This document shows positions 47,095 to 60,793 of a stretch of 64,000 nt of DNA, in pieces (positions within the stretch are counted from its first letter, which is position 1; every line of letters starts with the position of its first letter). The stretch comes from the human T2T-CHM13v2.0 reference genome, Homo sapiens, in assembly GCF_009914755.1 (NCBI RefSeq), contig NC_060930.1; one strand, 5' to 3'. Both the position numbers and the translations under genes were made by a program. The notes beneath the pieces were generated by a model. It was not told the DNA's origin, did not search any database, and saw only the letters and a list, made by a program, of their open reading frames with translations.

Positions 47095-47290
47095 TAACAA
47101 TATTTATTAAATGTTTGTGATGTGCCAAAGCACCACATTAAATGGTATATATACATTATTTTACTTAGTTCTTAAGACAGCCTATGATGCACAAACCTCT
47201 ATAGACAAATCTATTTTACAGAGTGCCAAAATGGAGGTATTGACTTATGTACCCAAGTTTTCAAGGATAATATCAAAAACAGTTCAAAGT
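47095..47290 (-). mobile_element. MIR
   Basis: atttattaaatgtttgtgatgtgcca...ctattttacagag...tacccaag. Confidence 0.6.
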
Positions 47291-47526
47291 CATTTTTTCC
47301 ATTAGAAATGACAATTTAGAAAAAATGTAGCCCCTTTAATTATGGGGATTGATTTAGAGATAACATATGGACTTCATAAACGCATAAATGATCCCAAAGT
47401 CCTATAATATAGAATCCATTCTATTCTTCCTTCTCAATGAAGCATGTGATAAAATCTGAGCAGTGATGTGAATGTGGTTATATTTTGTGGCAACATACTG
47501 GATTGAAGACTTTATATGTTAATTAT

Positions 47527-48013
47527 TGTTCTAGATCATCTCAATTTGTCCATTTAGACCCACTGACTACCCTTCAGTATCGTGCTCTGTGTCCTGAGCT
47601 TCTCTGTGAAGTCTGTGAAACCTGACTTGCCATGCTCCTTCCCTTTGGGTTATTGATGAGCTTGGCCAACTGGAGACAATTCAAGCACCTGGAGAGTAGG
47701 ATAGAGTAACTGGAGTGCTTATAACCCTGGCTCCCACCTTGCTGCATCTTGGTTTGGCAATATTAGGTTCCTCTATTATTAGAGTATACAGCTCCCTTAT
47801 GGCAGCCTTCTTCTATAGCTTATGGTCTCTCTTCCTTTGTCCCTCTAGGCCTAGGAACGGTAAGGCTCCCCACTGTTACTATCCTGGAAGCACATCATCA
47901 TTTCTTATTAGCTTCCTTTAATACTGACCATACGTTATAGATATCCTCTTCATTAAATTCTTGTAAATCACCACCTTTGAATGTGTCCTATTTTCTTTTG
48001 GCATTCTGAATAT
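47527..48013 (+). mobile_element. LTR33-like ERVL solo LTR
   Basis: ttggccaactggaga; ctggctcccaccttgctg; tgtccctctaggcctaggaacggtaaggctcccc; ctcttcattaaattc; tttgaatgtgtcc. Confidence 0.7.
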
Positions 48014-49203
48014 ATCTAGGAAGAACAAAGGTAATGTTGATGCATTTTTAACAATTAAGATACCTTAAAAAGGCTTATATATGTAATAGATGAAAATGTC
48101 ACATTTATACAGAAATGTGCTAAAAGATACAGTACAATAATCGGAAAATGAATATAATAATGAAGTTTCTTGGGGTTAAATGACTTCTTAAGTGAGATCA
48201 AATGTAGCTGGAGGGTCTTGGAAAGACTTCTAAAGAAAGTAAAGTGTTATACTTGAAGGACAGAGAGGATTTAAGTGTTTCCCTAATATTTTTCAATGGG
48301 AAAATTAAATTTCTTGAGTATTAAAGTTGTGTCTAAACAGAGAGTGAGTTTGACAATTGTGAATGACATATGCTGTCAAAGACATAAATTTGGGGCAACA
48401 ATAATTTACTGAAGTTGCTTAAATGGAATCATGCAAAATTAGAACTCAGTAAGACAAAAGAATAAAATCAAGTTCTCTGTTAAAGCAGATCAAGGAAAGG
48501 AAAGATCTTCCAAAATCAACAAAATGTACTGAATGGTAGCACATTTCAAAGAGTTATTCAAACCAGAACATATCTTTATGTAAATATATTCACTACTAGA
48601 GTATAAAACTATGCAATTAAATTGTTCCTTTGTATTGTTTTTTTCATTTATCATCTCATATTTGCAGTTATCAGCATGGTTTGTTATTGTTAAAATTTTT
48701 TAGATGTTCATACATTTTTGGACACTTTTTGGGAGAAAAAAGAGAAATTATATATAATATTATATACACAAAGTCACCTACTCTTCTTCCTGTAGCCTCT
48801 GAAAAGTCAGATTTAAGTATTTAGTATATGCATAATATTGTTGCCAGTGTTGGATGGAAATAACTAAAGGAATTAATTGCAATATTGAAATACATCAAAA
48901 ACACAATAGGGTATTGATCTCAGAATTTAGAATGAAGAAAATAGTTGTACGCCCAATGGGAATTGATAATTTACCATTAAAACAGCTACTTTAGGAGGTG
49001 ACGAATCCAAAATTTAAGACTCATCTCTTAAAAGGGAGCTAATGGAAGTGTAGGACTGGGGCTGGATTACTGCCCAGTTAATCTGACTTCCAGACTAAGA
49101 AAAATTAGGAAACAAAATGATTAAAGATTATTAAAACCCATCTTCTGACAAGAAAAAGGGCCAAAATGAAATTCTTAGTTTAAAGAGAGAGCAAATACAC
49201 ACT

Positions 49204-49205
<2 letters not shown>

Positions 49206-49235
<30 letters not shown>
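49206..49235. repeat. (TG)n microsatellite
   Basis: Direct reading. Confidence 0.95.
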
Positions 49236-49237
<2 letters not shown>

Positions 49238-49449
49238 CAACCCAACTTTATTACATATCACAGAAGAATTCCTAGGAATATTTTGCATATTTATGATAAA
49301 GTGGTTTCTTTTTGTCTTGATTTGAGTTGAAGATGAAGGAAAATGATGGATAAATCTTAAGGCTGTCCAGTGGATACCCTTCTCCCTCCATATTATGTGC
49401 TAGACTTCTCCTTTCATGGAAACGATTTCATACTTTTATTACTACATCT

Positions 49450-50680
49450 GTCTTCTAACATTTGAATGGTACAAAGATAGATATGTGACCTGATCAACAA
49501 GGACATTTTCTTGGGATGTTTAAAAATTGGAATTGGGACAGAGAACCTCTCTTCTGATTTGAGATTTAAATATGAAATTCAGAGCTAAGTGTAGCCATGT
49601 TTCCTGTCCTGTGTAGGAAACAGGTATAAAATAGAGGACAATAAAGCTGAAATCTAGATTAAAACAGAGATTGGCAATGAAGAAAAGCTTTCACGCTTTT
49701 GGAATCCTGCTTACTAGTTGCTCCTGAGGCTCAGCTGAAGTCCTCCATGTTCCAGAATTTAAATACTCAATCCTTCCTTCAAGTATGTGAGATACCCCCG
49801 GAATCCACTTATTAATTCCTCCTATGATAAAGGTACTCTAAGTTGAATTCCCGTCATTTACAATCAAAATGATATGGATAGGAGACAGAGAAATACTAGT
49901 AGAAAAGGGCAGGGTCCCTGGTGAGGATTCCACCCTCAAGCCTGGACCTGTGGCCTAAAGTAAGAACATGCATTCCTGTTTTCCCACCCAAATGTTGCCT
50001 TTTCCACAATGACCCTGGCCTGCCCTGCCCCCGATTCTGTAGCCATAAAAACCCCAGGCTTCACTGGGAGAGGGCATCACAGCAGAGAAGGAGAGAAGAG
50101 AAGAACCAGCTTAACATCGGTGAGAAGCAGCTTGACTCCAGAGGGATGGCTTCATGGTGGGAACTCAGAGAAGAGTTCAGCCAGGGACAGCCATACTCCA
50201 GGGGAAAACCACCGTCCTACTCCATCCCCTTTCCCCATCCTATTGAGGGCCACTTTCACTGGCAATAAAATCTTCTGCATTTACCATCTTCAATTCATTT
50301 GTGCAACCTGATTCCTCCTGGATGCCAGAGAAGGACCCAGGTGTGGGTGCAGGAGGCTGTCACACTGACCCTCCACTGAGCTGTTTACCACTTAAGCCAT
50401 CCACGGACAGCAAAACTAAAGGAGCACATTGTAACACATGCCCTCTGGGGTCCAGGGGTTTTAGGCAACCCCTAGACTCTGTTGCAGGCCCACATGGAGT
50501 TCTGCTCCTGCCAGTTGCTCAGAAGTGCTCATCCCTACCTCTGCACCCACTCACCTGCATGCTCCACCTCCTGTGAGGGGTTGAGAGCTGTGGGCTGAGT
50601 AAATGAGCTAACTCCTTTGCAAGTCCTGCAAAGGGGTCAAGGGAACTATCCCGTTTCAAAAAGTATCCTGAAAAATGCAG
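49450..50680 (+). mobile_element. Old MLT1 (J/K/L-like) LTR whose terminus is interrupted by MER50
   Basis: agttgctcctgaggctcagctg...agttgaattcccgtcatttacaatc|aaaagtatcctgaaaaatgca continues across the MER50. Confidence 0.55.
49870..50658 (+). mobile_element. MER50-like ERV1 solo LTR (789 bp)
   Basis: TG...CA ends; tgatatggataggagacagagaaatact...ccaccctcaagcctggac; ccataaaaacc; ggcaataaaatc; 4-bp TSD AAAA. Confidence 0.85.
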
Positions 50681-53379
50681 CTTCAGTAGCAAACTATTAT
50701 ACATACTTTTGTATTTCATAGGCTTGTGAAAAGCTGTTTATCACCACAGTGCTTCATTACACTAGTTGTTTTCCAAATTTATTATTGTCCTATTAGAAAC
50801 AATTAGGTAGATCATAATGGATACCATCAAGAAGGATGTAGAAATGCTATATGTAATTATGAACCAAATTCCTTGATAAATAAAATGCATTTCTAATTTT
50901 CATACGTTAGAGAATGATATAACCAGATATTTTGTTATTCCTTTCTTGTACTCCTCCAATTAGTACAAATTTTTGTGTGGCCATATAGTCCTGTGAGGTA
51001 TAATCCCTAACGAGATATTGAATAATGGAGATTGCAGATGCTTCCTGTCTACCTTTGGTATCTTTGTATAATATTGGACTGAAGGAGGGGGGATGAATTT
51101 TGTAAAAGAGAAGAAAAATGAAGGAGATGGTTTAATGTCTTCTGTCTTCATCTTCATGGACAGGCTTTTACCTTCTGAAAAATAAGAGACTACATACAAA
51201 AGCCAAATAAATTTTTAAAGATTTAACATTATCCAATGATGTTGGGGAGCTCTGGTGATAAAACTCCACCAAAGTTGATAACAGATATTTTCCCCATTTC
51301 TGAGTGGAATAAAGAAGAGCTCCCATGAAAAAATCAGTAAAGAAAAAAGTTATGACACTCTGCTGTGTGTACCCTGGGGAGAGACTCTTTCAGAGATTAG
51401 CATTTTCCCAGAGGAACAATAGATAGCCAGAGAATTCAGAGTTTGAGTCTGGAAATATGAAAATTGTTTATGGGGCTATCTCAAGGCATGAATAAAACGA
51501 CAAGGTTTTCTCTGAAATCAACACAATTATTCTGAACTAATAAAGATATTTTTAGGGTATGAAATTATTAATGTTGTATCATTAAAAATGACAAATGTGT
51601 TTTCTGTAAATAGACTTAATGAAGTATTATGTGGATTTATAATCATGGCTTCTCACATTTCTCAAAATATGCTTCAGCTGAGAAAAGTACCCCCAAGAAA
51701 TAGTTCATTAAATGTATTTCACCCATTACAGAAATACGATTTTCATGACAAATTAACTTATGACTATTTTCCTTTGCTTTCAAAAAAGATAAGTGATTTA
51801 GTGAATTCTGAATTCTTATGGCACATGTAAATGAATATTAGTGTCCACAAAAATAATTCTAACAAAACACTTAAATGTGTGCAGGCAAAACTGAAACATC
51901 TAACAATAAAATGGCACCATAAAATTATCTGCACAATAGTAAATTTCCAAGAAATCACATTTTAAATATTACTCTATTAGAATTCTAAAGGAGTGCTATT
52001 TAGCACCTACTCATTCTGATATTAAGAACTGATTATATTTGAGATATTAAGAATATTAGGATGCTTAAGAAATATTTACATTATTTATTTGAGACACAAA
52101 ACATGGTGAAGCTAGCTAGATGAAACTGTTGGCAAGGTTAGATGAAATTCTGAATTAAGGCAATGGAGAATGTGGATTGAAAAGAAGGCATAAATGCAAT
52201 GGCTAAACCATGAAAAATATGTGGAGTGAGATATAAAAAGCATAGGAAATAAGGCTGAGAATCATTAAAATATGGAGGGTGGTGAAAGCAGTGGAAAATT
52301 ATCATCAAAGGTAACTGAGAAGAATAGGAAAGATTAGTGTTAAAGAAGCAAAGTGAGTTTCAGAAAAAAAAGGAAAAGGCAACAGGAAAACATATTACAG
52401 AAAATCCAAGGTCTTTAATATGCCACAAAAATGACTGCATCTCTAGAAGTCAAGAGTTTAATGTATAAATGACGTGTTATATTAAGCACAAACAAAATGC
52501 TGCTGAGAAACCAAGTCCATGAATCTTAGCTCTTAGGAAATTAGCAGAAGTACTGAGGAATGTATTTTTACCAGAATAATGAAAGGCAAAGGTCTTTAGC
52601 AATGTATTGACAAATAAATATAAAATAAGCATTAAGGTTAGAGTTAGGGTTAGGGTTAATTAGAAGACTGCAGAATCATAGAATGTTGTTACATGTTGAA
52701 AATTCATGAAAAAGGGGCACTGAAAGACAGTGATGGGAGGGAAAAATAATTTACTTGAATAAAGTTAGGGTTAAGATTGGGAAAAAGAGTATCTGACAAA
52801 GTGGATTTCCTTTGGGAATTAGCAAAATATGTGATCTGCTAATAGTTAAGAGGAGTGGCTGAAGGGCTTCTGAAGACTGGTGATGACTGAGAATTTGCTA
52901 TGGAGAATCTGAAAGGGTGCTAAGTGGAAACAAACAAAAGAATTACCAACGTACATCAACAATTCAACTGGATGTTTGAAAGAGTTTGGAAATTATGTAT
53001 AATTGTGTCTGGCAATTCCATTTGCCAATTTTCAGTGATGCTTGATAGATATATATAAGGGTAAAGAAGCATGAAATTTAGCTTAAAATATAATGGGACT
53101 TTGACAGGAATTGTTTTGAAAAAGGAAAAGAAGACTAGGGAAATGACAGCACTACTGAGTACTTCAAAGTGATTGATTAATCCCAGGATTCTGTCTGAAT
53201 AGCAAATGACTCAAAGGCTGAAAAAACAGGAAGGGGTAGAAAGACTTGAAGCTTTGATAGCTATAAAAAATATTTAATTAAGCAAGACAGTGGGAGATGC
53301 AAAATTATAGAGAATGTATAGTGGAAATTTAGAAATTTGGTTTTTAGATATAAGAAATCTGAGAATATTGTGAAAGTGG

Positions 53380-54470
53380 AGGCAGTGGTGGTGGCATAGT
53401 GTTGAAATCTCCTGGAATGCTCTCATAAATACAAACTGAGCAACTGGATAGCAAATCCATAACAAAACGAGGTGACAAGGATTCCCCTTGAACCACACAA
53501 CATAAATGATGGTAATCTGTCTTTTATTAGCATCTGTTCAGGATAAAGGAGAGAGAAGCAAGTTGTCTGACAAAGCTGAGAATAGGAGAATCCCAAAATC
53601 ATTAAATTGTATTCACTGGAAAATGTAGTGGGCCAATTTGAGATCAGCAGTTGAACATGAGAGGAGTTTTTCTGAACACAGTAGCAGGTGGGTACAAGGC
53701 ACCCACTGTAAGTTCTAAAGAGCAATGCAGCCACTATACCCTCTCCAAATTGACAGGCAGGGATCCATTTCATCATACTGAGCAAAAATTACCAAGAGTA
53801 AAGTCAAAATTGGAGCAGAACAGTGCAATAACTGAAAAAAAAAAAAGGAAAAGATATAGGTGAGAAAAGGGATGAGAGCCAGGAAATGACAAAAGCAATC
53901 CACTATATTGTTTAACTCAATACAAAAACAACAAAAGAAGGAACTATGTAAATTTATAAGACATGTATGAACCTTGTCTCTTTCTAGAAGATTCAGAAAA
54001 ATATAAGTTCACATGAAAATGAGCAAAAGAAAAGGATCAAATCCAGTCTCATGCAGTTATTATAACTTAAAAAGAGAATATTGATCCATATAACATTCCA
54101 CAAACAATGAAAGCATACCAGAAGGATATGGTCATAAAATACAAGAAAACTGTTTTTCACGATTCTAAACAACCTAAAAGACATTAAGAAAATTATATTG
54201 GAGTTAAAGATAAATCAGAATTAGGAAGAATAATGTTTTAGGATCTAAAAAATTAGATTTTAAAACTAAGGCAAAGATTAGAAATAAAAAGACAATTTCA
54301 TAAATTTAGACTAATTTAGAAGACACAAAAATAAAAATTATGAAAAATAAAAGATAGAAATGAAAATTTAAAGGCCAAAAAGAAATAAAAAAAGATATTA
54401 AATAAAATTTAACAGAAAGTGAAATACTGAAGGTGAGTAAAATATTTCCAAATAGGATGAGATGGTTCCC
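53380..54470 (+). mobile_element. Possible ancient L1M/HAL1 5' region remnant
   Basis: A-rich, ORF1-like degenerate sequence. Assignment is weak. Confidence 0.35.
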
Positions 54471-54484
54471 TGAGAAGAAAACAA

Positions 54485-56583
54485 ACCCGACCTTTCTCTC
54501 TAGTTGCCCTTAACATTTTTTCCTTTATTTCAAGCTTGGTGAATCTGATCATTATGTGTCTTGAGGTTGCACTTTTTGAGAGGTATCTTTGTGGTGTTCT
54601 CTGTATTTCCTGAATTTTAATGTTGGCCTGTCTTGCTAGGTTGGGGAAGTTCTCCTGGATAATATCCTGAAGAGTGTTTTCCAACTTGGTTCCATTCTCC
54701 CTGTCACCTTCAGGTACACCAATCAAATGTAGGTTTAGTTTTTTCACGTAGTCCCATATTTCTTGGAGGCTTTGTTCATTCCTTTTCATTCTTTTTTCTC
54801 TAATCTTGTCTTCATGCATTATTTCATTAAGTTGATCTTCAATCTCTGATATCCTTTCTTCTGCTTTATCGATTTGGCTATTAATACTTGCGTATGCTTC
54901 ACGAAGTTCTCATGCTGTGTTTTTCAGCTCCATCAGGTTATTTATGTTCTTCTCTAAACTGGTTATTCTAGTTAGCAATTCCTCTAACCTCTTCTCACAG
55001 TTCTTAGCTTCCTTGCATTGGGTTAGAACATGCTCCTTTTGCTTGGAGGAATTTGTTATTAGCCACCTTCTGAAGTCTACTACTGTCAATTCGTCAAACT
55101 CATTCTCCATCATCCAGTTTTGTTCCCTTGCTGGTGAGGAGTTGTGATCTTTTGGAGGAGAAGAGGCATTCTGGCTTTTGGAATTTTCAGCCTTTTTTGG
55201 GCTGTTTTTTCCTCCTCTTCATGGGTTTATCCACCTTTTGTCTTTGCTGTTGGTGATCTTCTGATGGAGTTTTTGCATGGTCATTCTTTTCGTTGATGGT
55301 GATGCTATTGCTTTCTGTTTCTTAGTTTTCCTTCTAACAGTCAGGCCCTTCTTCTGCAGGTCTGCTGGAGTTTGCTGGGGGTCCACTCCAGAACCTCTTT
55401 GCCTGGGTATCACCAGTGGAGGCTGCAGAACAGCAAAGATTGCTGCCTGTTCCTTCCTCTGGAAGCTTTGTCCCAGAGGGGCACCTGCCAGATGCCAGCC
55501 AGAGCTCTCCTGTATGAGCTTTCTGTAGACCACTGCTGGGAAGTGTCTTCCAGTTAGGAGGCATGGGGGACAGGGACCCACTTGGGGGGACATGGACCCA
55601 CTTGAGAAGGCAGTCTGCACCTTAGCAGAGCTCGAGTGCTGTGCTTGGAGATCCACTCTCTCTTCAGAGCCGGCAGGCAGAAATTTTAAGTCTGCTGAAG
55701 CTGCGAACGTAGCCACCCCTTGCCCCAGGTGCTCTGTCCCGGGTAGATGGGAGTTTTATCTATAAGCCCCTGACTGGTGCTGCTGCCTTTCTTTCAGAGA
55801 TGTTCTGACTAGAGAGGAGGAATCTAGAGAGGCAGTCTGGCTACAGTGGATTTGCCCAGTGGCAGTGGGCTCCACCCAGTGCGAACTTCCAGGCAGCTTT
55901 GTTTACACTGTGAGGGGAAAACCACCTACTCAAGCCTCAGTAATGGTGGACTCTCCTCCCCTCACCAAGCTGGAGCATCCCAGGTTGACTTCAGACTGCT
56001 GTGCTGGCAGCAATAATTTCATACCAGTGTATCTCAGCTTGCTAGGCTCTGTGGGGGTGGGATCCCCTGAGCTAGATCGCTTGGCTCCCTGGCTTCAGTC
56101 CCCTTTCCAGGGGAGTGAACAGTTCTGTCTGGCTGGCATTTCAGGTGCCACTGGGTTACAAAAAAAAAAAAAAAAAAGACTCCTGCAGCTAGCTCTGTGT
56201 CTGCCCAAATGGCCACCCAGTTTTGTGCTTGAAACCGAGGGCCCTTGTGGTGCAGGCACCTGAGGGAATCTCCTGGTCTGTGGGTTGCGAAGACTCTGGG
56301 AAAAGTGTAGTATCTGGGCAGGATAGCACCATCCCCCATGGCATGATCCAGCTTCCCTTGGCTAGGAGAAGGAGTTCCCTGACCCCTTGCACTTTTCAGG
56401 TGAGGTGATGCCCCACCCTCCTTCTGCTCGCCCTCCTTGGGCTGCACCCACTGCCTAACCAGTCCCAATGAGATGAACCGTGTACCTCAGTTGGAAATGC
56501 AGAAATCACCCAACTTCTGCATTGGTCTCGCTGGGAGCTGCAGACTGGAGCTGCTCCTATTCTGCTATCTTGCCCAGGAATCC
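54485..56583 (-). mobile_element. L1PA (L1PA8-13-like) 5' UTR plus ORF1 5' two-thirds, 3'-truncated
   Basis: Minus-strand start ggattcctgggcaagatagcagaataggagcagctcc; ORF1 peptides MMENEFDELT and RNEQSLQEIWDYVK...REKGRV, then an abrupt end. Confidence 0.92.
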
Positions 56584-58619
56584 TGGAAAGTTCTGTCTTT
56601 AAACTGATAGTAAGTACAAATTTTCTGTCTTATAATTATTCATTAAGACACATATTTGTTTTGTGTTGTTTTCTGTATCTATATTTTAATTCACTCTGAA
56701 GTAATTACATTTTTTGAAGACTATTGTTTGTGTAATGTGTGTAAAGGCTGAATAAAGATGTAGAGCCACTCTAGGTCTAAGAAAAACTTAGAATAAAGCC
56801 ACAGATAAGGGGTCTGAAGTACAGTAAATAGTGAAGGCCAAGGAACTGCAACGTCTGCATGTTGACTGGGGCGTCCACACAGGCGAAAATGATTCTCACA
56901 TGACAGTGGTGGAATAAAACTGCTCAAGGTAGAAAAAGCATTAGTAAATGTGTGGAAGTTGCCCAGGCTTGGTATATGATGGTGAGAGAGGTGAAGAAAT
57001 GACAGTAGAACAAAGATAATAACAAAAACAACAGAAACAAAAAAATTATTTCAAAAATAATCTGAGGCTTGAGTGGGTATTAACAAGAACTATTTAAGGA
57101 AATGGCTCCTTCACCATACTAAAGGAATTGGTCCTTGAAAAGGTTAGAAATTTTTAATGGGATTTATATTTTCATTCACAGTTGCTAGTTTTAAGGGCCC
57201 AAGCATAGTTGCCTCTAAAGACAGACAAGTTTGTCTCAGGAAAACAGAATAAATTAATACTCATTATCAACTAGTATGTATTAATCAATAATTCTGTGCT
57301 TGGCATTGTAAGTGCATTACATTGTCAGATAATTCAGTGTCAAAACAAATTCCCATTTGGTGCACAAATCGTATAAGAGCAGGGCTATATCTGTTAATAC
57401 CAATGCAATTCTCTACCTCCCAATAACACCTAGTGGTTATAGGAAAGGTGTTTTTTTTTTTTAATTTTACTTATTTAATTTTTTTTAACATTTACTGAGC
57501 ACCAGTCATGCATGATGCTCTAAAGAGAACTGAAAGTGTTTATGTGCCAGAGAGAACAGGGGTACTGTTTTTATTATCCAAGAGTCTGATTTAAAAAGAA
57601 ACAGAAGTTGCTAAAATGAAGTATATATGACAAATGTTACCCTTCATTTAAGTGTAATTTTTTTCCAATGAACTCAATGTTCTGTTATTGCTTTAAATTT
57701 TGTTTCAAAGTCTCCTAAATGGAGGAGGAAACATCATTATATTGCTGAGGTATATTTAGGTACCCGATTTTTGCAAGTGTCACAGGGAATATGGACCAAC
57801 AAGCAGCTTAAGTACCACTCAGCAGGGTTAGAATGGCAGAGCTCTTTATGAAAAATAGTTACTACGGGCATAATCTGATTTCCACAACCTATGGGTGACA
57901 CTGTAATTGGGAATGTCAGGGCCTGTCATACTGTTCATTGCAACCTAGCTGTTGCTCTGCCATCTGGAACAGAGCAAGAATACTATCTGGGTGCCTGATT
58001 GGATGACCGTGGAGCACAACACCTCTGTAAAAGGACAAGAACTGCCACGTTCTTGATCCCACTGGACAGTACTCTTAAATTATCCCATCAGGGTCAAATC
58101 TTAGGGCTAGAAAGAAGCCCAAAGGTCACTGAGTCCATACATGTAGCTGCTAATATAATTGTACCACAGTATTTTTTATTTTTTCATTAGATTATGTAAT
58201 ACATACAGATTTCTAATTTTCTAATAATTCTTAGTATAAAATATCAACCTGTATTTAATTACTCTGTTGCTATTCATAAGGAAATCTGAGGTAATAGTAA
58301 TGTGTTTGAAGCTACAAATCCCTTGGCGTTTAATAGAAAGCTACCAAATTAAGTTACTTAAATGGGGCAGTCATTCCACAGTGATTGTAGTTGTTGACAA
58401 GTTTCATTTTCCTTTAATAAACTGTATTTTTCTACAGTTTCTTAAAAGTCCATATGAGTGCAACTTGTTGTTGCAAGTTGGCTGACAGAATTACCAACAA
58501 ATAATAGATTTCAAATTTTCACAACATTTGAAAAGATACCACTTTTTCAAATTTTCACTTTGAAAAAGTATCAAAATTTACAGGTCATCAAAAAGGAGAG
58601 TACAGGAGAAAAAAGTTAC

Positions 58620-58800
58620 ACATGCTGGAGCCAGATGACCTGGTCCATCCTCGATCTGCTCCATGAGTCCTTGGACAAATTACTTAATGGAATACTGTTG
58701 TTTGTTGAACTATAAAGCACGGTTGATAGTAACACTATGGTTTGTTATGTAAAGCATTCAGAACAGTGACTGACAATTCTCATTACGTATTAATTATTAA
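58620..58800 (+). mobile_element. MIR
   Basis: gagtccttggacaaattacttaa...atgtaaagcattcagaacagtgactgaca. Confidence 0.65.
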
Positions 58801-60234
58801 TTATTAACTACAATTATTATCCAGGTTTTGGATTAAAGAGACTTCAGTAAATCAAGGAGCCTTTAAGTGGATGCACCAAGTTGGGTTTTTGTAGTGAGCA
58901 TGCTGCAAAGATAATATAAAATTACCCTTACTTGGTAAGTAGGACTCTTGTTACTATTCTCTATTCATATCCAATTACACATTTCCTAAAGTTTTGCTTG
59001 ATGTCTCCAGTTTTTTTTTTTAATCTTCTGCTCAGCTTCCACCAGCTCTCTACCATTTCCAGCAACCTGAGACTCTTGTTCATTCCCCTTCATGTCAGAC
59101 AGTGAATTTGGGGTTTGACGCCTGCAACCCCACTGCATAACTCACCCAAATGGCATTTACCAGTCTACAGTACCACAAAGAGACCTATCAAATCATATTC
59201 TTGAGAGTAGAAATACCTGAAAATACATAATATCTTTATTGAAATATCTTCATAGAGGTAATCAGATTCAAATGTTTTCTCTTAGCTCTCATTCACATCA
59301 GAAAGTATAAGCACAACCGAATCAAAATGTTACAAATAACCATTTTGCCAGATTCTTTAAAAGTTTCCTATAAAGTTGGAATGGTAAGAAGTAATGTGTA
59401 AGTAATTTTATTGCCCCTCTGGTTTCTGCCCGTGGGCAAAATGGATATTTCATGTTAATCATAATTGTCTACCTGACTTAAGTAAAAATAATATTTCATT
59501 GTAACTCTGCCTCTTCTATTACATTGTTTCCTAAAGTATTTCTCCCTGGAATAGCTATGAATTTATAAATGACCTTTATTTTCATCAATCTTCTGTGACT
59601 TTAATTTACAGGCAAAGTGTAAAAAGCATTTAACAATGAAAGGGCAAGGTAATCACTTAATTTTCATTACAGAAAAAGAAATTCTACATTTAGGTTAAAT
59701 TAGCAATTAATATGTAAGCCATATGAATCCTGGATAAGGAAGAAATAAGGAACATCCACCCATTAGCCCCTCCTCTAGCTTTCATTGAGATATTTAGATA
59801 AAACCATCAAGAATCATCAGACAGGTTAATTTTTAAAGGGCTGATAGCAAGATTAAATGAGTTTTATATTATGGTTTTATTTAATACTGGGAAATCAATG
59901 GAAAGATAAGCATTTTATGTTACTTATTTTGTGTATCTTTATTAATACATATTTGTATGTCTTATTCAACTATAATCTTTTGGCAAATAAAATCCTCTAC
60001 TTTTAATTAATTAGGCATAAACTCATTAAAAATCCTAAAGAAACTTTCAACAATATGTACAATAAAACAGGATAAAACTAAGAAAATGGAGAAATTATCC
60101 TGACCTTAGATAAAGTAAAAAAAAAAAAAATTAAAAGAAGGAATATGCAAAACACAAGTCTCAGATGGCTTTACTAAATCCAAGAATAAAATTTATAGTT
60201 TCAACTTAATGTTTCAGGCAATTTTCCCAACTAA

Positions 60235-60745
60235 GCTTTATTTTATAATGGACACATAATAATTATACATATTTGTGGAGTAGAATGTGATATATCCATA
60301 CATGTATAAGTTATGTAATGATCAAATCAGGGTAATTAGCATGTCCATCACCTTAAACATTTATCATTTCTTTGTAATGAGAACATTAAAAAACCTCTCT
60401 TCTTGGTACTTTGAAATATACACTGTATTTAACAATACATTATTGTTAACTCTAATCATCCTACTATGCAATGGAACACCAGAATTTATTCTTATCTAAA
60501 TATAGCTTGGGGCTTGTTGACCAATCTCTCATCCCTCCTTTACACCCTCCAAATCCTAATGATAACCACTATTCCACTCTCTACTTCTGGAAAGACAATG
60601 TTTTAGATTCCCATTTAATAAACTCATGTGGCATTTGTCTTTCTGTGCTTGCCTTATTTAATTTAACATAATGCCATTCAGATTCCTCCATGTTGCTGCA
60701 AATGACAAGATTTCATTCTTTGTTATGGTGAATAGTATTCCATTG

Positions 60746-60793
<48 letters not shown>

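Noticed and set aside
52632-52658. Interstitial telomere-like ttaagg ttagag ttaggg ttaggg tta
   Set aside because: Only two perfect units; too short to distinguish from chance or slippage.
55219-56468. Cluster of 76-165 aa ORFs in GC-richer DNA
   Set aside because: L1PA 5' UTR; the ORFs reflect base composition, and CpG depletion argues against a CpG island.
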